This document shows, one piece after another, positions 16,582 through 24,855 of a stretch of DNA of 32,000 bases. The notes below the pieces were generated by a model. The model did no database searches. It had not been told where the DNA came from and saw nothing but the letters and a program-made list of their open reading frames with translations. Numbering within the stretch: position 1 is the first letter of the stretch; each line of letters starts with the position of its first letter. The stretch is taken from contig NC_010296.1 in the NCBI RefSeq assembly GCF_000010625.1, positions 4,230,001-4,262,000 of the forward strand, in the 5' to 3' direction. Source of the stretch: Microcystis aeruginosa NIES-843 (GTDB lineage Bacteria > Cyanobacteriota > Cyanobacteriia > Cyanobacteriales > Microcystaceae). The translations under genes and the position numbers were made by a program.

Positions 16582-16672
16582 GAGTCTCGGACAATCTTAA
16601 AGTTAGCTAAAAATTGAGGAATTTTTGAGTGATCAATGCTAAGAAAAAGGCCAACAGCGATCGATCTCAACT

Positions 16673-17833
16673 ATGAGCAATAACAAAAGATTAACTAGGT
16701 ATAAAAAAGGGCGAAAATCCTCCCGGACAAAACCCCACCTTTACGATTATCACTATAATCAACCCGGGACGATGCCGGGGTTAATCACCATCGATGAAAA
16801 TGCCGTTGCTACCGAGATATTTTTAATTAATTATAATTCTCAACAAGCCACTATAGTTAATAATCTCTTACCTCAAGACTGTCTTAAATATTTATCCGAT
16901 GATTCCATCTCTTGGGTTGATATCGTCGGTTTGGGTAATGAAGATAAACTGCAAGAGTTGGGGGAAATTTTTCATTTACATCCCTTAACCCTTGAGGATA
17001 TAGTCAGTATTCCCCAAAGACCAAAAGTGGAAGAATGCGAGAATTATATTTTAATAATAGTGCCAATGGCTATCCTGATCGATCATCAGGGTTTTTTGCT
17101 AGAACAAATCAGTTTAATCGTTGGGAAGAATTATGTTTTAACCGTGCAGGAAGAAGGACAATACGATTCTTTAGAGGGAGTTAGGGAAAGAATCCGTTTA
17201 AATAAAGGTTCCATCCGGCAGCAAAAATCGGGTTATTTAGCCTACTCAATTTGGGATGCCATTATTGACGGTTATTTTCCTGTTTTAGAGTCCTACGGAG
17301 AAAGAATCGAGGAGTTAGAAAACGAAATTTTAGCTAGTCCCACGGAACAGACTTTATCAAAAATTTACCAAATACGTCAGGAATTACTCTCCCTGCGACG
17401 AGCAATTTGGCCGCAGAGGGACATCCTCAATGCGCTTTTACGCGATGAGTACATTGTCATCGATACAACGATTAAACCCTATCTACGGGACTGTTATGAC
17501 CATGTGGTACAAATTCTCGATGTTATCGAAAATTACCGGGAATTTGCCAATGGTTTAATGGATTTTTACCTGTCTTCCGTGAGTAATAAAATGAACGAGA
17601 TTATGAAAACTTTAACGGTAATCTCGACGATTTTTATCCCGCTCACCTTCATTGTCGGTATTTATGGCATGAACTTTGATACTGATAAATCCCCCTATAA
17701 TATGCCCGAATTAGAATGGTATTGGGGCTATGTATTCGTCTGGGTGTTGATGCTAACCGTTGCTTTCAGTTTAATCATTTTCTTTTGGCGACGCGGCTGG
17801 TTTAAGAACCTATCGACAGTGAAGAAAAGATAA
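16673..17833 (+). CDS. corA: CorA-family magnesium/cobalt transporter
   Basis: 386 aa with the YGMNF signature between two C-terminal TM helices, and a typical CorA cytoplasmic domain length. Confidence 0.9.
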   Translation: MSNNKRLTRYKKGRKSSRTKPHLYDYHYNQPGTMPGLITIDENAVATEIFLINYNSQQATIVNNLLPQDCLKYLSDDSISWVDIVGLGNEDKLQELGEIFHLHPLTLEDIVSIPQRPKVEECENYILIIVPMAILIDHQGFLLEQISLIVGKNYVLTVQEEGQYDSLEGVRERIRLNKGSIRQQKSGYLAYSIWDAIIDGYFPVLESYGERIEELENEILASPTEQTLSKIYQIRQELLSLRRAIWPQRDILNALLRDEYIVIDTTIKPYLRDCYDHVVQILDVIENYREFANGLMDFYLSSVSNKMNEIMKTLTVISTIFIPLTFIVGIYGMNFDTDKSPYNMPELEWYWGYVFVWVLMLTVAFSLIIFFWRRGWFKNLSTVKKR

Positions 17834-17892
17834 ACTGTTAAGCAGATTAGACAGACCGGATGACATGGCCGGCATCTAGCAAGAGAAAATGG

Positions 17893-18075
17893 CTATTGCA
17901 GAGAAATTAATAGTTTAGTGTCTACGGTATTTTTTAACACTTTCAGTTGATGGCTTCTCATTTTGTCCAACCAACTATAGTGCTGGCTGTGACATTGATA
18001 GACGATATCGATGTCACCAATCTCTGACTTAACCTGAGCCAAGTAGTTTTCTAGTTCGCTAATTTTCATAACCAA
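17893..18075 (-). CDS. Hypothetical small protein (ORF evidence only)
   Basis: A 60-aa ORF (MVMKISELENYLAQVKSEIGD...) in an otherwise empty intergenic region. I recognise no family. Confidence 0.25.
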   Translation of the reverse strand: MVMKISELENYLAQVKSEIGDIDIVYQCHSQHYSWLDKMRSHQLKVLKNTVDTKLLISLQ

Positions 18076-18270
18076 TCTCGCTTGCGCTGAAGGACATCAA
18101 CCCCAAACCAAGAATTATCGCTAAAGGATAGGGGTGACTACAGTTACTATTATAGGCCGATCATAATTCTTAAAAAAGTTCTTATCTAACAAAGTTAGCT
18201 AATGTCAGGGTTAGATGATATTAGCAAAGTTTCTTTCTAGTCGTCTAGGGGGCAGGGCCATTCCTAGGTA

Positions 18271-18476
18271 GGGTCTGCTGAAAAAGTTTTTCGTGGGGGT
18301 AGGGTGTAGGGTGTGGGGTGTTGGGTTTTACCCATTTTCAGGGGGTCAATTACCTAATTTTCAGGGAAAAAGTGCCTAAATTTCCCCCCCGATTACTCCA
18401 ATGGCTGGCACTTTTTGATTTCAAAAAAGCCTAAAAATATTATCCAACAAGATTTTTAGATTTATTCAGCAAACCC
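18271..18476 (-). mobile_element. Family-A MITE copy A3 (206 bp, more diverged)
   Basis: Termini are GGGTCTGCTGAA...TTCAGCAAACCC. The flanks are TAGGTA (18265-18270) and TAGCTA (18477-18482), a 5/6 match. The octamer module is degenerate. Confidence 0.85.
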
Positions 18477-18614
18477 TAGCTAAAGGGGCTAATTTACCGA
18501 AGAAGGGCTGCAGTAATGCCCAAGCAATGTCGATAATCGCAACAAGTCAAGAAATAAAAAATTCTCGATATTGTCTTTCACTTCCCCCAGCTTCAATAAT
18601 TAATTCTTTTTTCA

Positions 18615-19124
18615 TTACTTTTTAGTCTCTGGAGGTCGCTGTTTAGAAGCTGCCGCAATCGCTTGATTTAAGCGAGTTAATTCTTCTTTAAACTTCGGTT
18701 CTTGGGGATAGTTTTTGACTAATTTTTCTAGGATACTTTTAGCTCCAGAAACGTCTTGAGTTTGTAATCTTGTTCCATAAAGAACTAGCATAACTTCCAG
18801 ATTGTCGGGATATTTTTGATATAACTTTTCTAAAGGTTCTCTGGCTCCGATAAAATCTTTTAACTGTAAGCGAGCTTGGGCCAGTCCTTGCAAAGCAGTG
18901 GGGTTATCTGGTTCACGTTCGAGAATTTTCTCGTAACCTTTGACCATTTCTTCTAATTTTTCGGGAGGAATAGTTGCCTCTTGCCCGGGTTGATTGCCTT
19001 GGGGGAAATTAGAATTATTATTTTTCAATAAACCTAAAGTTGGCACCACCATTAAAGCCAGAAATACTAAACCAGAGGAAACAATTAAGACTCGTTTGAG
19101 CGTATCGTTATTTTTTTTGGGCAT
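18615..19124 (-). CDS. Membrane-anchored TPR protein
   Basis: 169 aa with an N-terminal TM/signal anchor (VLIVSSGLVFLALMVVPTLGLL) followed by about 3 TPR motifs. Confidence 0.65.
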   Translation of the reverse strand: MPKKNNDTLKRVLIVSSGLVFLALMVVPTLGLLKNNNSNFPQGNQPGQEATIPPEKLEEMVKGYEKILEREPDNPTALQGLAQARLQLKDFIGAREPLEKLYQKYPDNLEVMLVLYGTRLQTQDVSGAKSILEKLVKNYPQEPKFKEELTRLNQAIAAASKQRPPETKK

Positions 19125-19148
19125 ACTTTTTAAAGATTAGAGATAAGA

Positions 19149-19661
19149 TTAATCCGTAGTAACTCGATGAAATTCGTGACCCCAAAGATTATAAGCCCAA
19201 ATTCCCAAGCCAAAACTACCTAAGCAGAGGATGGTGAGCATCAGGAAAACTTGCCACCTATTGTAACCTGCTTCCTGAAGTTCTAGACGACCAAGGATAG
19301 TGGCGGCTAAGAGGATTAAAACTCGACTAAATACCGCCCACTTGTGGAAGATAAAGACTACCGCCAAAGACCAGCCGAGAATTGATAATACAGCACTAAT
19401 ATCGTTTTTAAACCAACTGCGGAAAAATACCGGCATTAAGTGACTAAACAGAGTTAATCCTAGGGCAATTGAGAGGATAACCCCTACCGCTAGGATATAG
19501 ATGATGATTTCTAGCCATTCGCTAGTGAGAGTCCAATTCATCTCATCACCGCGGGCAAGTAACCAATCACTCCATGATAAACGCTCATGGGCGATCGACC
19601 AGCCAAACACCCCATAGACCGATGGAATCAGAAAAGTAAGTAGTATAATGCGCCAAAACAT
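19149..19661 (-). CDS. Hypothetical integral membrane protein (4-5 TM)
   Basis: 170 aa with several long hydrophobic segments. It lies 24 bp upstream of the TPR gene on the same strand. Confidence 0.6.
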   Translation of the reverse strand: MFWRIILLTFLIPSVYGVFGWSIAHERLSWSDWLLARGDEMNWTLTSEWLEIIIYILAVGVILSIALGLTLFSHLMPVFFRSWFKNDISAVLSILGWSLAVVFIFHKWAVFSRVLILLAATILGRLELQEAGYNRWQVFLMLTILCLGSFGLGIWAYNLWGHEFHRVTTD

Positions 19662-19663
19662 AA

Positions 19664-19812
19664 TCAGTTATCAGTTATCAGTTATCAGTTATCAGTTTTG
19701 AGTATTAAGTGAGCAGTATGTATTAAGTGAGCCTGATCAAATGCCAGTTTACTACTGTCTTTTCACTGATTACTGTTTACTGCTTACTGATCACTGTTTA
19801 CTGATCACTGAA
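19664..19812. repeat. Two opposed heptamer (STRR-like) arrays
   Basis: (ATCAGTT)x5 at 19664-19698 and CACTGAT/TACTGTT-type units x7 at 19765-19812. The arrays are approximate reverse complements of each other. GTATTAAGTGAGC is duplicated between them. Confidence 0.85.
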
Positions 19813-19869
19813 AAAAGTCAAGCCTGAACCCTGAAAGAGACGAAAACTGCCCCTTTTCAGACTTCAGGC
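19811..19869 (-). terminator. Possible apcD terminator
   Basis: On the minus strand there is an imperfect hairpin GCCTGAAGTCTGAAAAG...CTCTTTCAGGGTTCAGGC, followed after 5 nt by T6. It lies 22 bp after the apcD stop. Confidence 0.4.
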
Positions 19870-19890
19870 CTTTGGGATTGTCCCGATCGC

Positions 19891-20376
19891 TTAGGACATA
19901 TACTGGATGATAAAGTCGAAGTAGGGGGCTGCTGCCACGGCATCTTCTTGAGTCAAAAGACCTAAAGCGGCCTCTTTGAGACAACGAATCGCCTCCACCA
20001 TGCCGGGGACGGGAACATTAAGAGAGTTATACATCTCTTTGACCCCGATCAGGCCGGTTTGTTCGATCGGTCCCTTATCTCCGGCTAATACCCCATAGGT
20101 AACTAGACGCAGATACCAACCATAATCGCGCAAGCATTGATTATATTGACGCTGACCGTAGGCATTACCCCCCGGCGCTCTATAATCGGGACGTTTCTTG
20201 AACAGTTGTTTTTGAGCCTGATCGACGATTTTTTTCTCATTGTCAGCGAGAGTCTCGGCAATGCGAATTCTCTGCTCACCGGTTTTTAAAAATTGCCCGA
20301 TACCCTGTAGTTCACCACTACTAGGATAACGAAGTTCGTCGTCGGCTTTGAGGATGACTTGGCTAACTACGCTCAT
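19891..20376 (-). CDS. apcD: Allophycocyanin alpha-B subunit
   Basis: 161 aa. [26 protein letters not shown]... and the remainder match my memory of ApcD (not ApcA) nearly residue for residue, including [22 protein letters not shown]. Confidence 0.92.
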   Translation of the reverse strand: MSVVSQVILKADDELRYPSSGELQGIGQFLKTGEQRIRIAETLADNEKKIVDQAQKQLFKKRPDYRAPGGNAYGQRQYNQCLRDYGWYLRLVTYGVLAGDKGPIEQTGLIGVKEMYNSLNVPVPGMVEAIRCLKEAALGLLTQEDAVAAAPYFDFIIQYMS

Positions 20377-20608
20377 AATATCAAGGTAAATTCTGATAAC
20401 ATTCTGTAGTTTATCTCAGGTCGGGGTCTGGAAGTCGAGTCATCCCTGCTGGTTGGGCAATTCCTAAAAATTGTAATATTTCGTTATGAGTTTCCCCGAC
20501 AGCCCGGTTACTCTCTAGAATGAATGTATTAGTGGTCAGGAGCGAGGAGATGGCAATTGAGATGTCACCGCACACTGATTAACTTGAACCCGATAACTGG
20601 TAATTAAT

Positions 20609-21394
20609 ATGGAATTTTTAGCACCCTTGCTGTTGATAGCGGGCATTCTGGGGTTAAATGGCTTTAAAATCGATCGAGAATACCAGCGTGGTGTTATCTT
20701 TCGTCTAGGGCGTTATCAAGACACCAAAGGCCCCGGACTGTACTGGATCATTCCCCTAGTTGACCAAAAAATGCAGCTGGATATTCGCACCAAAACCGTC
20801 GATATCGCCCCGCAAGAAACTGTCACCGCCGATAATGTCACAATTAAGGTTAATGCGGTTCTCTACTATCGCATTATCGATCCTAGCAAAGCGATTAATA
20901 AAGTCGAATCCTACCCCGCGGCCGTTTATCAAGCGGCCATGACCACTTTAAGAAATGTAGTTGGTCAAAATCATCTCGATGATGTCTTGCAAAAACGAGA
21001 CAAAATCAATCAAGCGGTCCAACAAATTGTCGATGAAATTAGCGAACCCTGGGGCATTGATATCGAACGGGTGGAGATGAAAGATGTGGAAATTCCCACT
21101 GGTATGCAGCGAGCTATGGCCAAGGAAGCGGAAGCATTGCGAGAAAAACGGGCCCGTTTGATTAAAGCTGCCGCAGAACAGGAAGCCTCCCTAAAATTAG
21201 CGGAAGCTTCCCAATTAATCATGGAAAACCCCGCCGCTTTGGAATTACGCCGCCTACAAATGTTAACGGAAATTGGAGCGGAAAATAACACCAGTACCGT
21301 GATTATGCTCCCCTCTGATATCTTAAATCTTGCTCAAAAATTAACCGAAAAACCATCACAAAATGGCTCAATTGTCAATAGCCAAAAAGGTTAA
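20609..21394 (+). CDS. SPFH/band-7 (stomatin-like, slipin) protein
   Basis: 261 aa with an N-terminal TM segment, then REYQRGVIFRLGR...GPGLYWIIP...TADNVTIKVNAVLYYRI, the stomatin/PHB pattern. Confidence 0.88.
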   Translation: MEFLAPLLLIAGILGLNGFKIDREYQRGVIFRLGRYQDTKGPGLYWIIPLVDQKMQLDIRTKTVDIAPQETVTADNVTIKVNAVLYYRIIDPSKAINKVESYPAAVYQAAMTTLRNVVGQNHLDDVLQKRDKINQAVQQIVDEISEPWGIDIERVEMKDVEIPTGMQRAMAKEAEALREKRARLIKAAAEQEASLKLAEASQLIMENPAALELRRLQMLTEIGAENNTSTVIMLPSDILNLAQKLTEKPSQNGSIVNSQKG

Positions 21395-21402
21395 TTTTCT
21401 CC

Positions 21403-21526
21403 GGTGTGTTAGGTGGGTTTAAGTAAGTGGTTATAATTAAATTGAAGATAGATTTTGTCTTTGATCCCCCCTGCCCCCTTAATAAGGGGGGTAGCTGACA
21501 ATTTTTAACACCTATCTAACACACCT
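21403..21526. mobile_element. Family-B MITE copy B2
   Basis: It shares GGTTATAATTAAATT...GATCCCCCCTGCCCCCTTAATAAGGGGGG...ATTTTTAAC with B1 and B3. The extended TIR is GGTGTGTTAGGTGGGT / ACCTATCTAACACACC. Confidence 0.8.
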
Positions 21527-21537
21527 AAAATTGTTAA

Positions 21538-22890
21538 TTAACGCATGGTGACGAATTCCTCGGCAGCACTGGGATGAATGCCGACAGTGGCATCAAAATC
21601 GGCTTTTGTCGCCCCCATTTTTACGGCAATGGCTACTCCTTGAATAATTTCGGCGGCGTGATCTCCCACCATGTGCGCTCCGAGAATTTTACCACTTTCC
21701 TGATGAACAACTAATTTCATCAAAGTTTTGTCCTCTCGGCCTGGTAAAACATTGTAACCGGGGCGGAATTTAGACCGATAAACTTTAATCTCCGTGTCAC
21801 CATATTGTTTTTTTGCTTGCAATTCTGTTAATCCCACCGTCGCCGCTTCAGGAGTAGAAAATACTGCCGAGGGAACGTTTTCATAACTCATTAACCGGGG
21901 TTTATTACCAAAGACTGTATCGGCAAAAGCTCGCCCCTGATTAATGGCGACGGGAGTTAAATTAATTTTATCAGTACAATCGCCCACGGCATAGATATTG
22001 TCTTCGCTGGTTTGGCTATACTCGTTGACAACAATTGCCCCGTTTTTTACCTCAACATTGACATTCTCTAAGCCCAATTTTTCCAGCTTAGGAATTCTTC
22101 CAGTAGCGGCTAATCCTAGGGCATCAACAAAGAGAATTTCTGAGGTTTCTTGACCCTGAATATGTACTTTTAACCCCTCAGCAGTTTTCTCGATCGAAGT
22201 GGGGAAAGTTTCGGGCATAATTTTAATTCCCTGACGGATCATTTCCGCTTGAATCTCATCGCGTATATCCTCATCAAACCCTCTTAAAATCTTATCTTTA
22301 CGGATTAACTGCACCACTTCTGTCCCTAATCCGTGCATAATACCAGCAAATTCTACCCCAATATATCCTGCCCCTAAAACTATAATTCTTTTTGGTTGTT
22401 CTGGCAGTTGAAACATGGCATCAGAAACTACCGTATGTTCGATCCCCGGAATATCGGGTTTAACCGGATGTCCCCCCACGGCAATTAAAATTTTATCGGC
22501 AGTAATTTTCTCGTCTCCTACCTCTAGGGTATGGGTATCAATAAACTTGGCATAATTAGGAAAAAGCGTCACTTGAGAATTATCGAGCATCTTTTGATAA
22601 ATGCCATTTAAACGGATAGTTTCCTGATTAACGGCGCTAATTAATTTTTGCCAATTTAACTGACTCTCTACTGGACTCCACCCGTAACCTTCCGCATCCT
22701 TAAATAGTTGCGGAAAACGACTAGAATAAACCATTAATTTTTTAGGAATACAACCGCGATTAACACAGGTTCCTCCCAAACGATCGTATTCTGCTAATCC
22801 CACTTTTGCCCCGTATTCGGCTGCCCGTCTAGCGGTGGCAATACCACCAGAACCACCACCAATCACCAATAAATCAAAATCATAACTCAT
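21538..22890 (-). CDS. gor: Glutathione-disulfide reductase
   Basis: From MSYDFDLLVIGGGSGGIATARRAAEYGAKVGLAE...GGTCVNRGCIPKK (FAD motif plus redox-active CxxxxC). The C-terminal HPSAAEE dimerisation motif is present. The track ORF has a 19-codon upstream extension. Confidence 0.9.
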   Translation of the reverse strand: MSYDFDLLVIGGGSGGIATARRAAEYGAKVGLAEYDRLGGTCVNRGCIPKKLMVYSSRFPQLFKDAEGYGWSPVESQLNWQKLISAVNQETIRLNGIYQKMLDNSQVTLFPNYAKFIDTHTLEVGDEKITADKILIAVGGHPVKPDIPGIEHTVVSDAMFQLPEQPKRIIVLGAGYIGVEFAGIMHGLGTEVVQLIRKDKILRGFDEDIRDEIQAEMIRQGIKIMPETFPTSIEKTAEGLKVHIQGQETSEILFVDALGLAATGRIPKLEKLGLENVNVEVKNGAIVVNEYSQTSEDNIYAVGDCTDKINLTPVAINQGRAFADTVFGNKPRLMSYENVPSAVFSTPEAATVGLTELQAKKQYGDTEIKVYRSKFRPGYNVLPGREDKTLMKLVVHQESGKILGAHMVGDHAAEIIQGVAIAVKMGATKADFDATVGIHPSAAEEFVTMR

Positions 22891-23048
22891 AAAAACATCC
22901 TCGCACATGAATAGAAGTTTGACGGAATCAAGAAACTTTTTTGGCAAAAAGGGGAGCGAATATCTCGGATCAATCCCTAACTGAATCTATCGAGTAACTA
23001 GCAGAATATGGTCACTAATGCTGCTAAATTAGAGTCAATTTATTTACT

Positions 23049-23149
23049 AAGTAGCTGGTTATAATTAAATTAAAAATGGATTTAAGGTTCGATCCCCCCT
23101 GCCCCCCTTAATAAGGGGGGCATCTGATAATTTTTAACGCCTACCTACT
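23049..23149. mobile_element. Family-B MITE copy B3
   Basis: AAGTAGCTGGTTATAATTAAATTAAAAATGGATTTAAGGTTCGATCCCCCCTGCCCCCCTTAATAAGGGGGGCATCTGATAATTTTTAACGCCTACCTACT. Same orientation as B2 and opposite to B1. Confidence 0.85.
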
Positions 23150-23165
23150 GCCAAGACTTAATTCT

Positions 23166-24590
23166 ATGCTAACACGCCGCTCGAAATTATCTTTTCTCTT
23201 GGGGACTTGTTCCCTATTTCTCTGGGTAAACCATCCCGTCACCCTCGCAACCCCCATCAGTCAAGACAATTCCCCCCCTTCCGAGTTTATCTGTCCAGCA
23301 GACTTAGCCACAAGGATCGATCGCATTTTGGCCCGACCCGATTATCAAGGCGCTTATTGGGGAATTTTAGTAAAATCCCTTAATTCTCAGGAAAATCTCT
23401 ATAGTCTCCACGAAAATAACTTTTTTACTCCCGCTTCTACTGCGAAATTATTAACCACTGCCGCCGCTTTCAGCAAATTTAACCGCGATTATCGTCTGAA
23501 AACCCCCATTTTAGCCCAGGGCAACCCCCCCGATTTAGAAACTTTAACCTTAGTCGGGAGGGGAGATGCAACCATAACCACAGAAAAGTTAGAAAAATTC
23601 GCAGAAAAGTTAAAAGCACAGGGAATTAACTCAATTTATCGCTTACTTGTCGTTGCTAGTCCTTTTGTCGTCTCCGATAGTCAAAAAACCTGGGAATGGG
23701 AAGATGTCTTTTTTGACTATGCTGTACCCGCTTCTAGCTTGGTTTTAAACGAAAATTCCGTCACTTTAAAGCTTTTACCGCGACAATTGGGGCAAAGCTT
23801 AGATTTACAATGGTCTGATCCCATTGCCGCTAAACAATGGCTAATTGAGAATCAAACCAGCACCGCAGCGCAAGGAAGCCCGAATACTCTGGCAATTAAG
23901 GGCAATTTAGCCAATAATCGCCTGATTATCACTGGTTCTCTGGCTATTGATAGTCAAGATGATTTTAATTTAGCTATTCCCCAACCCTCGGAATATTTCC
24001 TAGCTCGCTGGCGTAATATCCTTGAAAAAGCGGGAATTACCGTTAAAAACGCAGAAATTAGTTCACAGATTCTCGGCCATGAGATCACCAATTTAGAATC
24101 AGAACCCCTAGCATATTTGGTGGAAAAAGTCAATAAAAATAGCGATAATTTACTAGCCGAAACCCTACTACAAATGCTCGGCGGTGTCTCGGGATTGCAA
24201 GAAACTTTAACAAAACTGGGAATTGACAGCGATAGTTATAAAATCGGCGACGGTTCGGGGCTATCACGACAAAACCTAATTAAACCCAAGACTTTAGGTC
24301 AAATTTTACAACTAATGGCAGAAAATCCTGATTATCGGCGTTCTTTAGCCATTGGCGGCGTTGATGGCACTTTAACCAATAGATTCCGCCAGACTCCCCT
24401 AGAAGGACGATTACAGGCAAAAACCGGGACTTTAACCGGAGTTATCGCCCTCGCGGGTTATCTAGCAACCGCCGACAATCAACCCCTAATCTTTAGCATA
24501 ACCGTCAATAACAGCGATCAACCCGCCACCACCCTCAGAAACGGCATCGATGAGGTGATTTTGCTCCTAGGACAGTTAAAACGCTGTTAA
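23166..24590 (+). CDS. dacB: D-alanyl-D-alanine carboxypeptidase/endopeptidase (PBP4, peptidase S13)
   Basis: 474 aa with a signal peptide, the SxxK motif in FTPASTAKLLT, and later SDN and KTG(T) motifs (NKNSDNLLAE, AKTGTLTGV). Confidence 0.85.
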   Translation: MLTRRSKLSFLLGTCSLFLWVNHPVTLATPISQDNSPPSEFICPADLATRIDRILARPDYQGAYWGILVKSLNSQENLYSLHENNFFTPASTAKLLTTAAAFSKFNRDYRLKTPILAQGNPPDLETLTLVGRGDATITTEKLEKFAEKLKAQGINSIYRLLVVASPFVVSDSQKTWEWEDVFFDYAVPASSLVLNENSVTLKLLPRQLGQSLDLQWSDPIAAKQWLIENQTSTAAQGSPNTLAIKGNLANNRLIITGSLAIDSQDDFNLAIPQPSEYFLARWRNILEKAGITVKNAEISSQILGHEITNLESEPLAYLVEKVNKNSDNLLAETLLQMLGGVSGLQETLTKLGIDSDSYKIGDGSGLSRQNLIKPKTLGQILQLMAENPDYRRSLAIGGVDGTLTNRFRQTPLEGRLQAKTGTLTGVIALAGYLATADNQPLIFSITVNNSDQPATTLRNGIDEVILLLGQLKRC

Positions 24591-24610
24591 TCTTTAGGAG
24601 ACAGGAGATA

Positions 24611-24756
24611 GGGATTTAGGGAGATAGGGAGATAGGGATTTAGGGAGATAGGGAAATTTCAGCTAAATTCCCCACTACCCCAACACCCCAACACCCCAAC
24701 ACCCCAACACCCCAACACCCCAACACCCCAACACCCCAACACCCCAACACCCCAAC
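24611..24756. repeat. 8-nt-periodic G-tract/C-tract array: (GGGAKWTA)x6, short palindrome, CCCCACTA + (CCCCAACA)~10
   Basis: Read directly. GGG tracts occur every 8 nt across 24611-24653 on the + strand, then AAATTTCAGCTAAATT, then CCCC tracts every 8 nt across 24671-24756. A related module lies at 30631-30751. Confidence 0.9.
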
Positions 24757-24855
24757 TAATTCGATTGATCGAGTCAATTAATCACAGAAGACTGTATACT
24801 TTTGTAAAAATTGCTTCTAGCTGACCTGTAGATTAATCGACGGAGTTATTGATAT

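Noticed and set aside
24678-24756. Telomere-like (GGGGTTGT)n tract read as a telomere or linear-replicon end
   Set aside because: The tract is internal, flanked by ordinary chromosomal genes (dacB, glgA). It is one variant of an octamer module seen in the MITE family. The resemblance to ciliate telomeres is compositional only.
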